64,000 nucleotides of DNA from Planctomycetota bacterium (GCA_965248445.1 CBDFJG010000002.1:608001-672000), one strand, 5' to 3'; counted from the stretch's first letter, positions 27,846 to 37,302 are shown. Program-made: numbers and translations. The notes: generated from the sequence alone by a model not told the origin.

Positions 27846-30800
27846 CTACTCGGTGTCCGACGCCTTGATGGCGTCGCGGGCGGCGGTGACGGTCTCGGCC
27901 AGGCCCACCAGGCCCTCGAAGGCCGGGTCCCCGAGGGCCTGCTCGGCGTAGCGATCGTCCCGTGCCACCGCTAGGGAGATCTCGCCCAACGCCCGCTCGG
28001 GGTCTCCGGCGGCGGCCAGGGCGCGGGCCAGGTAGTACGGGTAGAAGCCCCACAAGTGGGTCTTGCCCCGGCGGTGCGTGAGGTACTCGCCCCCCGCGGC
28101 GTGGACGCGCTCCTTGTCGAGCGTCTTCGCGCGCTCGTAGTGCGCGACGGCCGCGGCGGCGCCGTCGCTCTGCTGCACCACCCAGCCGAGGTACAGGTGC
28201 CGCGTCGGGTTGCGCTCGTCGGCGGCGACGGCGTGCACGAGCGACGAGCGCGTCAGATCGTCCACCTGACGGAGCTTCACGCGGCCGTATCCGTGCCAGT
28301 ACGCCAGATCACCGCTGTCGGGATCGCGCTCTCGGATGGCGTCGATCGCACGCAGCGCTTCCTCCCCGCGTCCCTCCGCCCGCGCGACCAGCGCGGCGAG
28401 CACTGTCTGCTTGGCGGCCTCCGCTGTGCGCCGATCCGGTGATCGTGCCGCGTCCTCGACGTCGCGCAGCGCGATCAGTTCCGCATGGGCCTCTGCCGCC
28501 TCGGGGTAGCGCCGCTCCTCCTGCAGCTGCGACGCGATCGATGTCTGCGCATCGAGATCGTTGGTCGAGAGACGGGGGGCCAGTGTGGTGACGAGCCGGA
28601 AGAGCGGCAGCGCCGCGCGCGAGCGCCGGCGCGCGGGCAGGCCGTATGCCTCGGGGTCGCGCAGGTAGCGCGCGACGCCGTCCACGTAACCCTCCGAGAG
28701 TCGCAGCGTGGCGCCTCGCGTTCGCCGAGCGTTCAGAGCCAGCGCGATGCGCTCCCCGAGCTGCGCGTCCGGCGTGTGAGCGAGGCCGCTGACGAGCCCG
28801 CGGACACAACGCACCGGCGGAGCACCGATGGGCCGGAACGGACCGTTGCCCGGTGTGCTGTAGGCCGCGACCGCCCGCGCCGTCCCGTCGTCCAGCAGAT
28901 GATCGAGCAGCGCGTTCATGCCCTCGTCAGTGCCGGACCGTCCGAGGGCGACGGCGACGCGGCGGTACAGTCGCACCGCCGCGGCGCTCCCGCGCGGCGC
29001 GCGCAGTGCGGGCTCGCGCCAACGCTCGAGCAGCGCGATGAGGTCCGGCACCATCGCGCCGGACTCGACGGTCCCGATGCGGTGCGCGGCCTCGGCCAGC
29101 TTCTCCACGTCCTCGAGTGTTCGAAGCAGTTCACCGAGGGCGGCACGCGCCGCGGGGTCCTCGCTCACCGCGAGGAGCCGCATCGCCTCGGACGACAGTT
29201 CCACCGTGGTGGCGCCGCGAGCGAGTCGCACGAGCAACTCGACGCGCGGAGTGCGTCCGGCCCGCGCCAGGATGGTGAGAGCGGTCTCGCGGTCGTCGTC
29301 GTCCCACTCGTTTCCGGACACGCCGACTTCGAGCGCCGGCGGTATGAGGCGCGCGTCCGTGGAACGCAGAAGCATGAGCGCTCGGTGGCGGGCGCCGTCC
29401 ACCGCGAGCATCTCCCCGAACAGTCGCTCGGCGTCGGGGCTCGCATCCAGGGTGGCCAGCAGACCGAGCAGCTCGTCACGCACGGACGGATCGCCCTCGC
29501 CTTCGAGGATCGACGCGACGTGCTGACTGTCGTCCTCGCCGATCAGTCCGCGCAGCAGCCGGGCGGCGCGTCCGCGCACGGGCGCTGCGGGATCCGTCAG
29601 CGCCGTCAGCAGCACGCTGCGCGCTCGCTCGGGCGACGCCTCCCGCAGGGCGGCGAGGATGGCCTTGCGCAACCGCACGCGGCACGTGGACGGGTCTCGC
29701 ACCGACGGTGTGCGCGCACCGGAGTCCGCCCCCTCGTCCACGACGTCGTCAGCGGGATCGCCACCGTCCTCCGCGTCCAGACGCAGAAGAAGGAGCGTGA
29801 TGTCCTCCTCGGTCCCCGACCGTCCGAGGATCGAGACGGCACGTTCGCGCACGGCCGCACGGGCATGCGTCGCCTGCTCCCGCGCGATGCGGGCCGCGGC
29901 CGGCGCGTCCCGGCGCGCGAGCGCGTCGAGCGCGGCGCCGCGCAACCGCTCACCGGCTTCCGGGTCGACAGCGAGGCGCGCCAGGCCATCTCCCGCCTTC
30001 AGGTCCGGGCGTCGCGAGAGCAGGTCGACCGCCGCGAAGCGCGCGGCGGGGTCGGAGTGGGAGAGCGCTGCATCCAGCCGCTCGCCAAGATCGTCACCCC
30101 CGGAGGCGACGATCGTCTCGAGCAGAGCCCGCCTCACTCCGTCGCCGGCCGCCGAGTCGAACTGGGCGCGCAAGTCCGGGCCGGCCGCCTGTGCAGCGCC
30201 GAGGGCGCGCAGCTTTCGCAGAGCGAAGCGGCGTGTCTCGGGGTCCAGCACTTCGGCGTCCGCTCCCGTTGCCAGCTCGCGAGCGAGAACGGCGGCGTCC
30301 GCGCGACGCACTTCGACCAGCGCTTCGACGAGAAGCTCGAGAGGCGTGCGGTCGTGCTGCGTGCGCCCGGCTGCGATGCGGCGCGCCAGACGCCGGGCCT
30401 CGTTCGCGAGCCACGGCGCCGCGCCGACGCCGAGTCGGCCGAGGGCAGGGCGTAGGTGGACGGATCCCGCGTCCACCAGGTGGTGCAGGATTGCCGCGGT
30501 CAGTTCGGGATCGGTGAGCACGTCGGCGCCGTTCAGGTCGATCAGTGCGGCGCCCACCTCGCCGGCCCGTGCGGAGTCCTCCTCGTCGAGGAAGCCGCGG
30601 CGCAACGCTTCCGTCACTTCAGCCGCGCGGTGTCGCGCGACTCGGAGCGCGGCGACCGCCAGCGAGCGCTCGTCAGGTGCGGTCTCGCCGTCGGCCAGCA
30701 GGGCGAGAAGCGCGGGGATCGCGGCGTCGCTGCTGATCTGTGGGACCTCACGCAGCGCTGCGCGGCGCACGTCGGGGTCCGGGTCCTCGAGCAGCCGCGC

Positions 30801-31364
30801 CATAGCGGCGTCCCCGCCGGCACGGTCGAGCACCCCGCGCAGGATGGCGCGCCGAATTGCCGGTGCCGCCATCGCGCGAACGCGCCAGACCGGTTCCGCG
30901 TCGGGGTCGACGTGCGCCAGCAGTGCATCCACGTCGCCGCGAACGCCGATCTTGCCGAGTCCCGTGACGGCCGCTTCGCGCACCGCGAACGATGGATCGC
31001 TCGCTGCCGTGCGAAGCAGGGGGCTCGCGAACGCCGTGTCCATCTCGGCCGTCGCTGCGATGAGCGTGGCGCGCGTGTACCACGACGCGCTGCGGGATGC
31101 GCCCTGGAGGCCCGCGACGACGGCAGGCAGCGCCGGGGCGCCGACCGCGGCGAGCAGGCGCACGGACTCCTCGGCGGACTCAGGGTGCGGTGGATCTCCG
31201 AGCTCCGTGATGGCGCGCGCGACGGCCTCGCGTAAGGCGCCGTCGAGTTCGGCCGTGTTCGCCGCACCCGGCGGGAGCTCGTAGGCCGGCGGCGCCTCCT
31301 GCGCACTCGCCGGGGTGGCCGCGAGTGGCAGCCAGAGCGCGAGCAGCAGCGGAAGGTGTCTCAC
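27846..31364 (-). CDS. Secreted HEAT-repeat protein with C-terminal TPR
   Basis: Signal peptide; repeated DP-x-VR-x-AA HEAT motifs; TPR-like tail (YPYYLARALA). Confidence 0.8.
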   Translation of the reverse strand: MRHLPLLLALWLPLAATPASAQEAPPAYELPPGAANTAELDGALREAVARAITELGDPPHPESAEESVRLLAAVGAPALPAVVAGLQGASRSASWYTRATLIAATAEMDTAFASPLLRTAASDPSFAVREAAVTGLGKIGVRGDVDALLAHVDPDAEPVWRVRAMAAPAIRRAILRGVLDRAGGDAAMARLLEDPDPDVRRAALREVPQISSDAAIPALLALLADGETAPDERSLAVAALRVARHRAAEVTEALRRGFLDEEDSARAGEVGAALIDLNGADVLTDPELTAAILHHLVDAGSVHLRPALGRLGVGAAPWLANEARRLARRIAAGRTQHDRTPLELLVEALVEVRRADAAVLARELATGADAEVLDPETRRFALRKLRALGAAQAAGPDLRAQFDSAAGDGVRRALLETIVASGGDDLGERLDAALSHSDPAARFAAVDLLSRRPDLKAGDGLARLAVDPEAGERLRGAALDALARRDAPAAARIAREQATHARAAVRERAVSILGRSGTEEDITLLLLRLDAEDGGDPADDVVDEGADSGARTPSVRDPSTCRVRLRKAILAALREASPERARSVLLTALTDPAAPVRGRAARLLRGLIGEDDSQHVASILEGEGDPSVRDELLGLLATLDASPDAERLFGEMLAVDGARHRALMLLRSTDARLIPPALEVGVSGNEWDDDDRETALTILARAGRTPRVELLVRLARGATTVELSSEAMRLLAVSEDPAARAALGELLRTLEDVEKLAEAAHRIGTVESGAMVPDLIALLERWREPALRAPRGSAAAVRLYRRVAVALGRSGTDEGMNALLDHLLDDGTARAVAAYSTPGNGPFRPIGAPPVRCVRGLVSGLAHTPDAQLGERIALALNARRTRGATLRLSEGYVDGVARYLRDPEAYGLPARRRSRAALPLFRLVTTLAPRLSTNDLDAQTSIASQLQEERRYPEAAEAHAELIALRDVEDAARSPDRRTAEAAKQTVLAALVARAEGRGEEALRAIDAIRERDPDSGDLAYWHGYGRVKLRQVDDLTRSSLVHAVAADERNPTRHLYLGWVVQQSDGAAAAVAHYERAKTLDKERVHAAGGEYLTHRRGKTHLWGFYPYYLARALAAAGDPERALGEISLAVARDDRYAEQALGDPAFEGLVGLAETVTAARDAIKASDTE

Positions 31365-31373
31365 GACCTGATC

Positions 31374-32255
31374 CTAACGAGCGGTGCCGGTCTCCCGTTC
31401 GGCCAGGGCGCGCGGAACCCGTTCCAGGAGGTCGGTGGCGACCATCCCACGCTCGCCGACCTCCGCCGCTGCGAGGTCGCCGGCCCGTCCGTGCACGTGA
31501 ACCGCCAGGGTGGCGGCTTCGAAGGGAGCCAGGCTCGTGGCGAGAAGGGCGCCCAAGAGACCGGCCAGGACATCGCCGGTCCCACCGGTCGCCATGCCGC
31601 GGTTGCCCGTCTCGTTCACGTAGAGGCGCTCGCCGTCGGTCACGATGGTCGCGGCCCCCTTGAGCACCACGACCTGGCCGGACTCGACGGCCAGGGCGAG
31701 TCCGGCGCTCTCGCGCTGCGCGGGGATCGGTCCGACGATCGCGCCCAGTAGACGCGCGGCCTCACCGGGATGCGGAGTCAGCACGCGCGGTCCCTGTGCC
31801 TCCCTAAGGTCGCGCGAGCGTCCGGCGAACGCCGCGAGCGCGTCGGCATCGAGCACCGTCGCGCACCCGCATTCGAGTGCCAGCCGACGCATGCACGCGA
31901 GCGTCTCGTCAGCGCGTCCGACTCCGGGGCCGGCGACGACCACGTCGCGCTCGCGCGACATGGAGAGCAACGCTTCCGCCGCTGCGGCCGCGAATCCGCC
32001 GCTCGGCTCGGCCGCGACCGGCGTGCTCATCTCACACACGATGTGTGCGGCAACGAGGGGCCGCGCGGGTTCGGGGCACGCCACGGTGACCAGGCCCGCG
32101 CCGCCGCGGCCGGCGCCGCGTGCGGCGAGGACCGCTGCGCCGGGGTACGTGAGTGATCCCGCGGCAACGAGCACGCGGCCCGCACTGCCCTTGTGGAGAT
32201 CCACCGCCCGTGGCGGCATTACCGGCGGCGCAGTCACGCGCTCGATCCCGCCCAT
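31374..32255 (-). CDS. nnrD: ADP-dependent NAD(P)H-hydrate dehydratase
   Basis: HKGSAG, YPGAA, GPGVG, LDADAL, LTPHPGE, ATGGTGDVLAG. Confidence 0.93.
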   Translation of the reverse strand: MGGIERVTAPPVMPPRAVDLHKGSAGRVLVAAGSLTYPGAAVLAARGAGRGGAGLVTVACPEPARPLVAAHIVCEMSTPVAAEPSGGFAAAAAEALLSMSRERDVVVAGPGVGRADETLACMRRLALECGCATVLDADALAAFAGRSRDLREAQGPRVLTPHPGEAARLLGAIVGPIPAQRESAGLALAVESGQVVVLKGAATIVTDGERLYVNETGNRGMATGGTGDVLAGLLGALLATSLAPFEAATLAVHVHGRAGDLAAAEVGERGMVATDLLERVPRALAERETGTAR

Positions 32256-32307
32256 CCGTGCTCCTTTTGGGGCTCCTTCTGCGCTCCTACCCCGTCGCGA
32301 GGGCCGT

Positions 32308-33333
32308 TCAGTCCCGCAGCGCCTCCACGATCGCATCCGGGAGCTCGACACGCACGCGTCCGATCTCCCTGCGTGCATGATTGCGCCGCAGACTGTCGTG
32401 GTGGGGCGTGAGCGCGGCCCACGCCCGGTCGTCCAGGTGGCCGCCGGCCCGGAGCATCGCGAATCCTGCGCGATACGCTGCGGCAGAGTTGCCGTCTGCG
32501 CACTTGACCGCCACTCCGACCGCGCGACCCCGGAGTCCGATGCACCAGAGTCCCTCGGCGCCGACCTTCGAGAGGATGCGCCGGCGGCTTGCGCGGAGCA
32601 GATCCGTGTCCGCGCGTCCGGTCCCGCCGACCATCCACGGGGCGGCGGCCATCGCATCCGTGAGCCGGTCGAGCGCTGCGGCAAGATCATCGGGCGCGCC
32701 GGCCTCCTGTGGTGCGGCGAGCGTCGCGAAGAGGCGCGCGGCGCCGGCGAGCGGCATCCCGAACACGGGCGCGCTGCACCCGTCCATCCCGATCCGGATC
32801 GTGGGCGCGGCGACGCGGGAGCCCGCTGCGACGTTCGTGCGGATCATCTGTTGGAGTGGGTGATCGGGATCCACGTATCCCTCGGTGGGCCATCCCGCGG
32901 CCACACACGCAGCAAGCATCCCGGCGTGCTTCCCGGAGCAGTTGTTGTGCAGCGGTGTGGGGGCGTCGTCCGCGGCGATGAGAGCCGCGGCACTGGCCGT
33001 GAAGACCGGCGGGTGCGGCCCGCAGTCGAGGGCAGCGGGCGTCAGCCCGGCGGCGGCCAGGATCTCGCCGGCGGCGCGCACGTGGCCCGGCTGGCCGGAG
33101 TGCGACGCGCAGGCCACCGCGAGGTGTCGCCGCGCCAGCCCGAAGCGGTCCGCCGCCCCGGTCAGGACACACGCGGTGGCTTGGAACGGTTTGGCCGACG
33201 AGCGGAGGTAGACCGGGGGCTGCTCCGCGACGGCAGTCGTCGTCGTGCCCGACGGGGTCCAGACGGCTGCACGCAGACTGTGTGACGCCTCGTCGAGGCC
33301 ACCCCTCTCGCGAACCACGAAGATCCCGTCCAT
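32308..33333 (-). CDS. L-asparaginase II (Rhizobium etli AnsA type)
   Basis: RSSAKPFQA, ASHSG, NNCSGKHAGM, DGCSAP, KVGAEG. Confidence 0.92.
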   Translation of the reverse strand: MDGIFVVRERGGLDEASHSLRAAVWTPSGTTTTAVAEQPPVYLRSSAKPFQATACVLTGAADRFGLARRHLAVACASHSGQPGHVRAAGEILAAAGLTPAALDCGPHPPVFTASAAALIAADDAPTPLHNNCSGKHAGMLAACVAAGWPTEGYVDPDHPLQQMIRTNVAAGSRVAAPTIRIGMDGCSAPVFGMPLAGAARLFATLAAPQEAGAPDDLAAALDRLTDAMAAAPWMVGGTGRADTDLLRASRRRILSKVGAEGLWCIGLRGRAVGVAVKCADGNSAAAYRAGFAMLRAGGHLDDRAWAALTPHHDSLRRNHARREIGRVRVELPDAIVEALRD

Positions 33334-33350
33334 GGCCACATGATCCACGG

Positions 33351-33474
33351 GGTGACCGACGGCGCCGCACAGCGGCGTGAGGACTCTCCGGTGGAGAGTC
33401 CGAGAGGAGGGAACGCGAGCGTAGGCCTCCGGCCGGAGCGAGTGGAACTCACGTGCGAGCGTGGTGAACTCACC
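33351..33474 (+). repeat. Structured intergenic repeat, copy A
   Basis: Matches 33963-34150 directly and 37020-37176 in inverted orientation; hairpin GGACTCTCC-GGT-GGAGAGTCC. Confidence 0.85.
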
Positions 33475-33525
33475 CGTCCGCCCGGCCGTCCTCCGGTCCC
33501 TGCAGCGGAGGGGTAGACTCCGGGC

Positions 33526-33927
33526 ATGATCGAGGTCGTCCTCTCCCGCATCGTGATTCGCGAGACCAGCGATCAGCAGCGTGTCTACCTGCGCGAGAAG
33601 GACGGCACGCGCCAGTTCCCGATCGTGATCGGCATCCATGAGGCCGCGGCGATCGATCGCAAGGTCCGCGACCTGTCGCCGCCGCGCCCGATGACCCACG
33701 ACCTGATGGCCGGGGTGGTGGATGCCCTGGGCGCAAGGCTCGAGAAGATCGTCATCTCGGACCTGCGCCAGAACACGTTCTACGCCCGTCTCCACTTGGT
33801 CCGTGAGGGCACCGACGAGGCCGTGGAGGTCGATGCCCGCCCGAGCGACGCCATCGCCCTCTCGGTCCACCTGGACGCCCCGATCTACGTCGAAGAGACG
33901 GTGCTGGGAGACGTGCTCACGGGGTGA
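33526..33927 (+). CDS. Bifunctional nuclease family protein (DUF151)
   Basis: PIVIGIHEAAAI, RPMTHDL, TFYARL, DARPSDAIAL. Confidence 0.93.
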   Translation: MIEVVLSRIVIRETSDQQRVYLREKDGTRQFPIVIGIHEAAAIDRKVRDLSPPRPMTHDLMAGVVDALGARLEKIVISDLRQNTFYARLHLVREGTDEAVEVDARPSDAIALSVHLDAPIYVEETVLGDVLTG

Positions 33928-33962
33928 GCGAGGGTGCCGCCCCGCCGGACGGCGGGGCGGCA

Positions 33963-34150
33963 GACCAACTCTCCGGTGGAGAGTTGGTCACGAGCGAACG
34001 CGAGCGCAGACCTCCGGCCGGAGCGAGTGGAACCCACGTGCGAGCGTGGAGAACTCACCGAGCGCGGCCCGGCAGTTGGTCACGAGCGAACGCGAGCGCC
34101 GGCCTCCGGCCGGAGCGAGTGGACCCAAGTGCGAGCGTGGAGAACTCACC
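33963..34150 (+). repeat. Structured intergenic repeat, tandem copies B and C (92-bp period)
   Basis: AGTTGGTCACGAGCGAACGCGAGCGC...CTCCGGCCGGAGCGAGTGGA...GCGAGCGTGGAGAACTCACC begins at 33982 and again at 34074. Confidence 0.88.
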
Positions 34151-34240
34151 AAACCCTCCTCATGACGAGCCTCCTGCCTCCTGCGGAGGGTGCTAGCCTC
34201 GCCGGGTGCCGGGTCGCCTCGGCAGCGGAACGGCCCACGT

Positions 34241-36763
34241 TTGCCCCACCCAACCCCACCAACCCACGCCCTCCTCGTCGCCGACGTCGTCGATAGCACC
34301 AAGCTCGCCGAGGACCTCGGCGACGCGAAAGTCGCCGAACTCTGGGCCGCGCACGACCGCGTAGCGCGTGACCTGCTCGCCACGCACAAGGGACGCGAGA
34401 TCGACAAGACCGACGGCTTCCTGCTCTTGTTCGACGAAGCCAAGGACGCTGTTGCCTATGCCCTTGCGTATCACGCCGCGCTGAAGGGCCTCGCCCTCCG
34501 CGCACGAGCCGGCTTGCACGTCGGCGAGGTCGTGCTGCGCGAGAACAGCCCAGCCGACATCGCGCGCGGCGCCAAGCCGCTCGAGGTCGAGGGCATCGCC
34601 AAGCCGACTGCCGCGCGCGTGATGTCCGTCGCGCAGGGCGGCCAGACGCTGCTCAGTCCGGAGGCGCGCGACGCGCTGGGCGACGTCGAGTTGCGCATCG
34701 AGTCCCACGGGCATTGGCGGATGAAGGGGATCTCCGAACCCATCGAGTTGTTCGAGGCAGGCGATGCGGACGCACCGTTCACGCCGCCGCCCGACGGCGC
34801 GAAGGTCTACCGCGTGGTGCGACAGGGTGACCTCTGGCTGCCGGTCAAGGAGGTCAAGCACAGCCTGCCGCGCGAGCGCGACGCGTTCGTCGGGCGCGAG
34901 GAGGACCTGCACGCGTTGGCCGGACTACTGGAGCAGGGCGCGGCGCTCGTGTGCGTGCTCGGCATCGGCGGCACGGGCAAGACACGGTTGGTCACGCACT
35001 TCGGTTGGACGTGGCTCGGCGATTGGCCCGGTGGCGTGTGGTTCTGCGACCTCAGCGAAGCCCGCTCGGCGGACGGCATTGCGTACGCCGTGGCAACAGC
35101 GCTGGACGTACCGCTCGGCAAGCAGCCGGTTGTGCAACTCGGTCACGCGATCGCGGCCCGCGGGCGTTGCCTGGTGATCCTCGACAACTTCGAGCAGGTC
35201 GCGCGTCACGCGCAAGAGACGCTCGGCAAGTGGCTTGACCGCGCGGCGGACGCGCAGTTCGTGGTGACGACGCGCGAGGTGTTGGGTCTGCGCGGAGAGA
35301 CCGCACTCGCGCTGGCGCCGTTGGAAGAGCGCGAGGGCGTGGCACTCTTCGTGGCGCGCGCGCATCAGGCCAAGCGCGACTTCGTCGCCGACGATCCCGC
35401 ATCCATCGAAGCGCTGGTGACACTGCTCGACGGGCTGCCGCTGGCCATCGAGCTGGCCGCCGCGCGCGTGCGCCTGATACCGCCCAAGACGCTGCTCGCG
35501 CGCATGAGCCAGCGCTTCAAGCTCTTGACGTCCTCGGGCGGACGCCGCGATCGCCAAGCGACCTTGCGCGGTGCGCTCGACTGGTCGTGGGATCTCTTGT
35601 CGGAAGACGAACAGGCGTCGCTGGCACAGGTGTCTGTGTTCGAGGGCGGCTTCACGCTGGAGGCCGCTGCGGCGGTGCTCGATCTCGAGGAGCTGTGGCC
35701 CGAGGACGCCGTGCAGGCGCTGCTGGACAAGTCGCTCCTGCGTCGCGTCTCCGACGAGCGCTTAGATCTGCTGGTGAGCGTGCAGGAGTACGCCGCAGAG
35801 AAACTCGACGGACTCGGACAGCGTAGGGCGGCGGAGTCGCGGCACGGCGCGTGGTGTGCGGGCTTCGGCGGCGAGGAGGCGCTTTCATCGCTCGGCGTCC
35901 ACGGCGGCGTGGCGCGCCGCTGGGCGCTCTCGGCCGAGCTCGGCAACCTGGTGGCGGCGACGCGCCGCGCCGTCGCGCGGTCGGACAGCGAGACAGCGGC
36001 GGCCACGCTGAACGCCGCGTGGGTACTGCTGAGACTGCGCGGGCCCTACGTGGTGGCGGTGGACCTGGCGTCGGCGGCCCTCGCGCTCCCGGACCTCGCG
36101 CTGTCCACCCGCGCCGCGCTGGCGACGGCGCTGGGCCAGGCGCTGGCCGTGTCGGGCCGCGCGACTGAGGCGCGGGCGCACTTCGAGCAGGCGCTCGAGA
36201 CCCACCGCGAAGTCGGCGATCGCGGCGCCGAGCGCAACGTGCTGGGCAACCTGGGCTCCCTGCACTGGTCCCAAGGCCGCGTGGTCGAGGCGCGCGCGCA
36301 CTACGAGCAGGCGCTCGCGATCGCGCGCGAGGTCGGCAACCGCCGGTCCGAGGGCAAGGCCCTGGGCAACCTGGGCGCCCTGCACTATTCCCAAGGCCGC
36401 ATGGACGAGGCGCGGGCGCACTACGAGCAGGCGCTCGCGATCCACCGCGAGGTCGGCAACCGCGGCTTCGAGGGCCACGTGCTGGGCAGCCTGGGCGGCC
36501 TGCACCACGCCCAAGGCCGACACGACGAGGCGCGGGCGGAATACGTAGCCGGCGAGGCACTGCTCCGGGCCGTTGAGAACGCCGACGAACTGGGCAAGCT
36601 GCTCTGCGGCCGGGCACAGCTGGAACACGCCGAAGGCCACGCGCAGGCGGCCCGGGCCGCGCTAACCGAGGCCGAGGCGCTGGCCGTGCAGGTCGGCGCT
36701 GGCGAAGGGAGCGAGCTCGCAGAAGAGCTCGCCAAGGCGCGCTCCGCGCTGGAGACGCCGTGA
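34241..36763 (+). CDS. Class III nucleotide cyclase + STAND-type ATPase + TPR protein
   Basis: DVVDST and DG metal-binding Asp, GLHVG; Walker A GIGGTGKT; Walker B LVILDNFE; LDGLPLAIELAA; 40-aa TPRs; TTG start uncertain. Confidence 0.88.
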   Translation: MPHPTPPTHALLVADVVDSTKLAEDLGDAKVAELWAAHDRVARDLLATHKGREIDKTDGFLLLFDEAKDAVAYALAYHAALKGLALRARAGLHVGEVVLRENSPADIARGAKPLEVEGIAKPTAARVMSVAQGGQTLLSPEARDALGDVELRIESHGHWRMKGISEPIELFEAGDADAPFTPPPDGAKVYRVVRQGDLWLPVKEVKHSLPRERDAFVGREEDLHALAGLLEQGAALVCVLGIGGTGKTRLVTHFGWTWLGDWPGGVWFCDLSEARSADGIAYAVATALDVPLGKQPVVQLGHAIAARGRCLVILDNFEQVARHAQETLGKWLDRAADAQFVVTTREVLGLRGETALALAPLEEREGVALFVARAHQAKRDFVADDPASIEALVTLLDGLPLAIELAAARVRLIPPKTLLARMSQRFKLLTSSGGRRDRQATLRGALDWSWDLLSEDEQASLAQVSVFEGGFTLEAAAAVLDLEELWPEDAVQALLDKSLLRRVSDERLDLLVSVQEYAAEKLDGLGQRRAAESRHGAWCAGFGGEEALSSLGVHGGVARRWALSAELGNLVAATRRAVARSDSETAAATLNAAWVLLRLRGPYVVAVDLASAALALPDLALSTRAALATALGQALAVSGRATEARAHFEQALETHREVGDRGAERNVLGNLGSLHWSQGRVVEARAHYEQALAIAREVGNRRSEGKALGNLGALHYSQGRMDEARAHYEQALAIHREVGNRGFEGHVLGSLGGLHHAQGRHDEARAEYVAGEALLRAVENADELGKLLCGRAQLEHAEGHAQAARAALTEAEALAVQVGAGEGSELAEELAKARSALETP
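36167..36538 (+). repeat. Three 120-bp tandem repeats encoding 40-aa TPRs
   Basis: GAGGCGCG(G/C)GCG recurs at 36167, 36287, 36407 and 36527, with high DNA identity between units. Confidence 0.85.
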
Positions 36764-36830
36764 GCACCAACGCCCTGCTCGTCACCGACGTCGACAGCAC
36801 CAAACTCGCCGAGGACGTTGGCGACGCGAA
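36760..36830 (+). pseudogene. Truncated duplicate of the cyclase gene 5' end
   Basis: MSTNALLVTDVDSTKLAEDVGDA versus THALLVADVVDSTKLAEDLGDA at 34266-34329. Confidence 0.8.
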
Positions 36831-36866
36831 TGCCGGAGTGCCTCAGTCGTGCGATTCACGTGTGGG

Positions 36867-36951
36867 CGGAGGGGTGGGGATTCGAACCCCAGGTAGCTTG
36901 CGCTACGACGATTTTCAAAACCGTTCCTTTCGACCGCTCAGGCACCCCTCC
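36867..36951 (-). tRNA. tRNA-Ser (anticodon TGA)
   Basis: GGAGGGG/CCCCTCC acceptor stem, anticodon arm ACGGT-TTTGAAA-ATCGT, long variable arm, GTTCGAATC; CCA not encoded. Confidence 0.95.
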
Positions 36952-37019
36952 GCCGTCGTGGCCACCATGACACGAGGGCGGGCGCGCGGACGCAACGAGT
37001 GAGTGGGGGGAGTTCGCTT

Positions 37020-37176
37020 GGTTCTCCACGCGCCGACGCGGGTTCCACTCGCTCCGGCCGGATGCCTGCGCTCGCGTTCGCCCTCCGCGTCGGCCTGCGG
37101 CCTCCGCTCCGCGTTCGCTCCTCTCGGACTCTCCACAGGAGAGTCCTCACGCCGCTGCGCGGCGCCGTTGCTCACC
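37020..37176 (-). repeat. Structured intergenic repeat, copy D (inverted)
   Basis: Reverse complement aligns to copy A, with an internal duplication of the GCGAACGCG segment. Confidence 0.85.
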
Positions 37177-37302
37177 GTCTCGGACCCTCCGCAGGAGGCT
37201 CCTCGTGCCGCTTCGCGGCACCCTCACTCACCCCTCCGCCAGCAATCGACTCGGCGTCGCGATCAGCGGTTGCGCCGCGGGACCCTCACTCGCTCGTGTC
37301 GC

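Noticed and set aside
33526..33927. DUF151 nuclease as a definite effector of the neighbouring cyclase
   Set aside because: Widespread housekeeping-type gene with no cNMP-binding domain, separated from the cyclase by about 310 bp of repeats
33963..34150. CRISPR array
   Set aside because: Units are about 78 bp with only a 14-bp linker, there are just two tandem copies, no unique spacers and no cas genes
36760..37002. 80-aa ORF as a full gene
   Set aside because: Only the first ~23 codons are homologous to the cyclase; the rest runs antisense through tRNA-Ser
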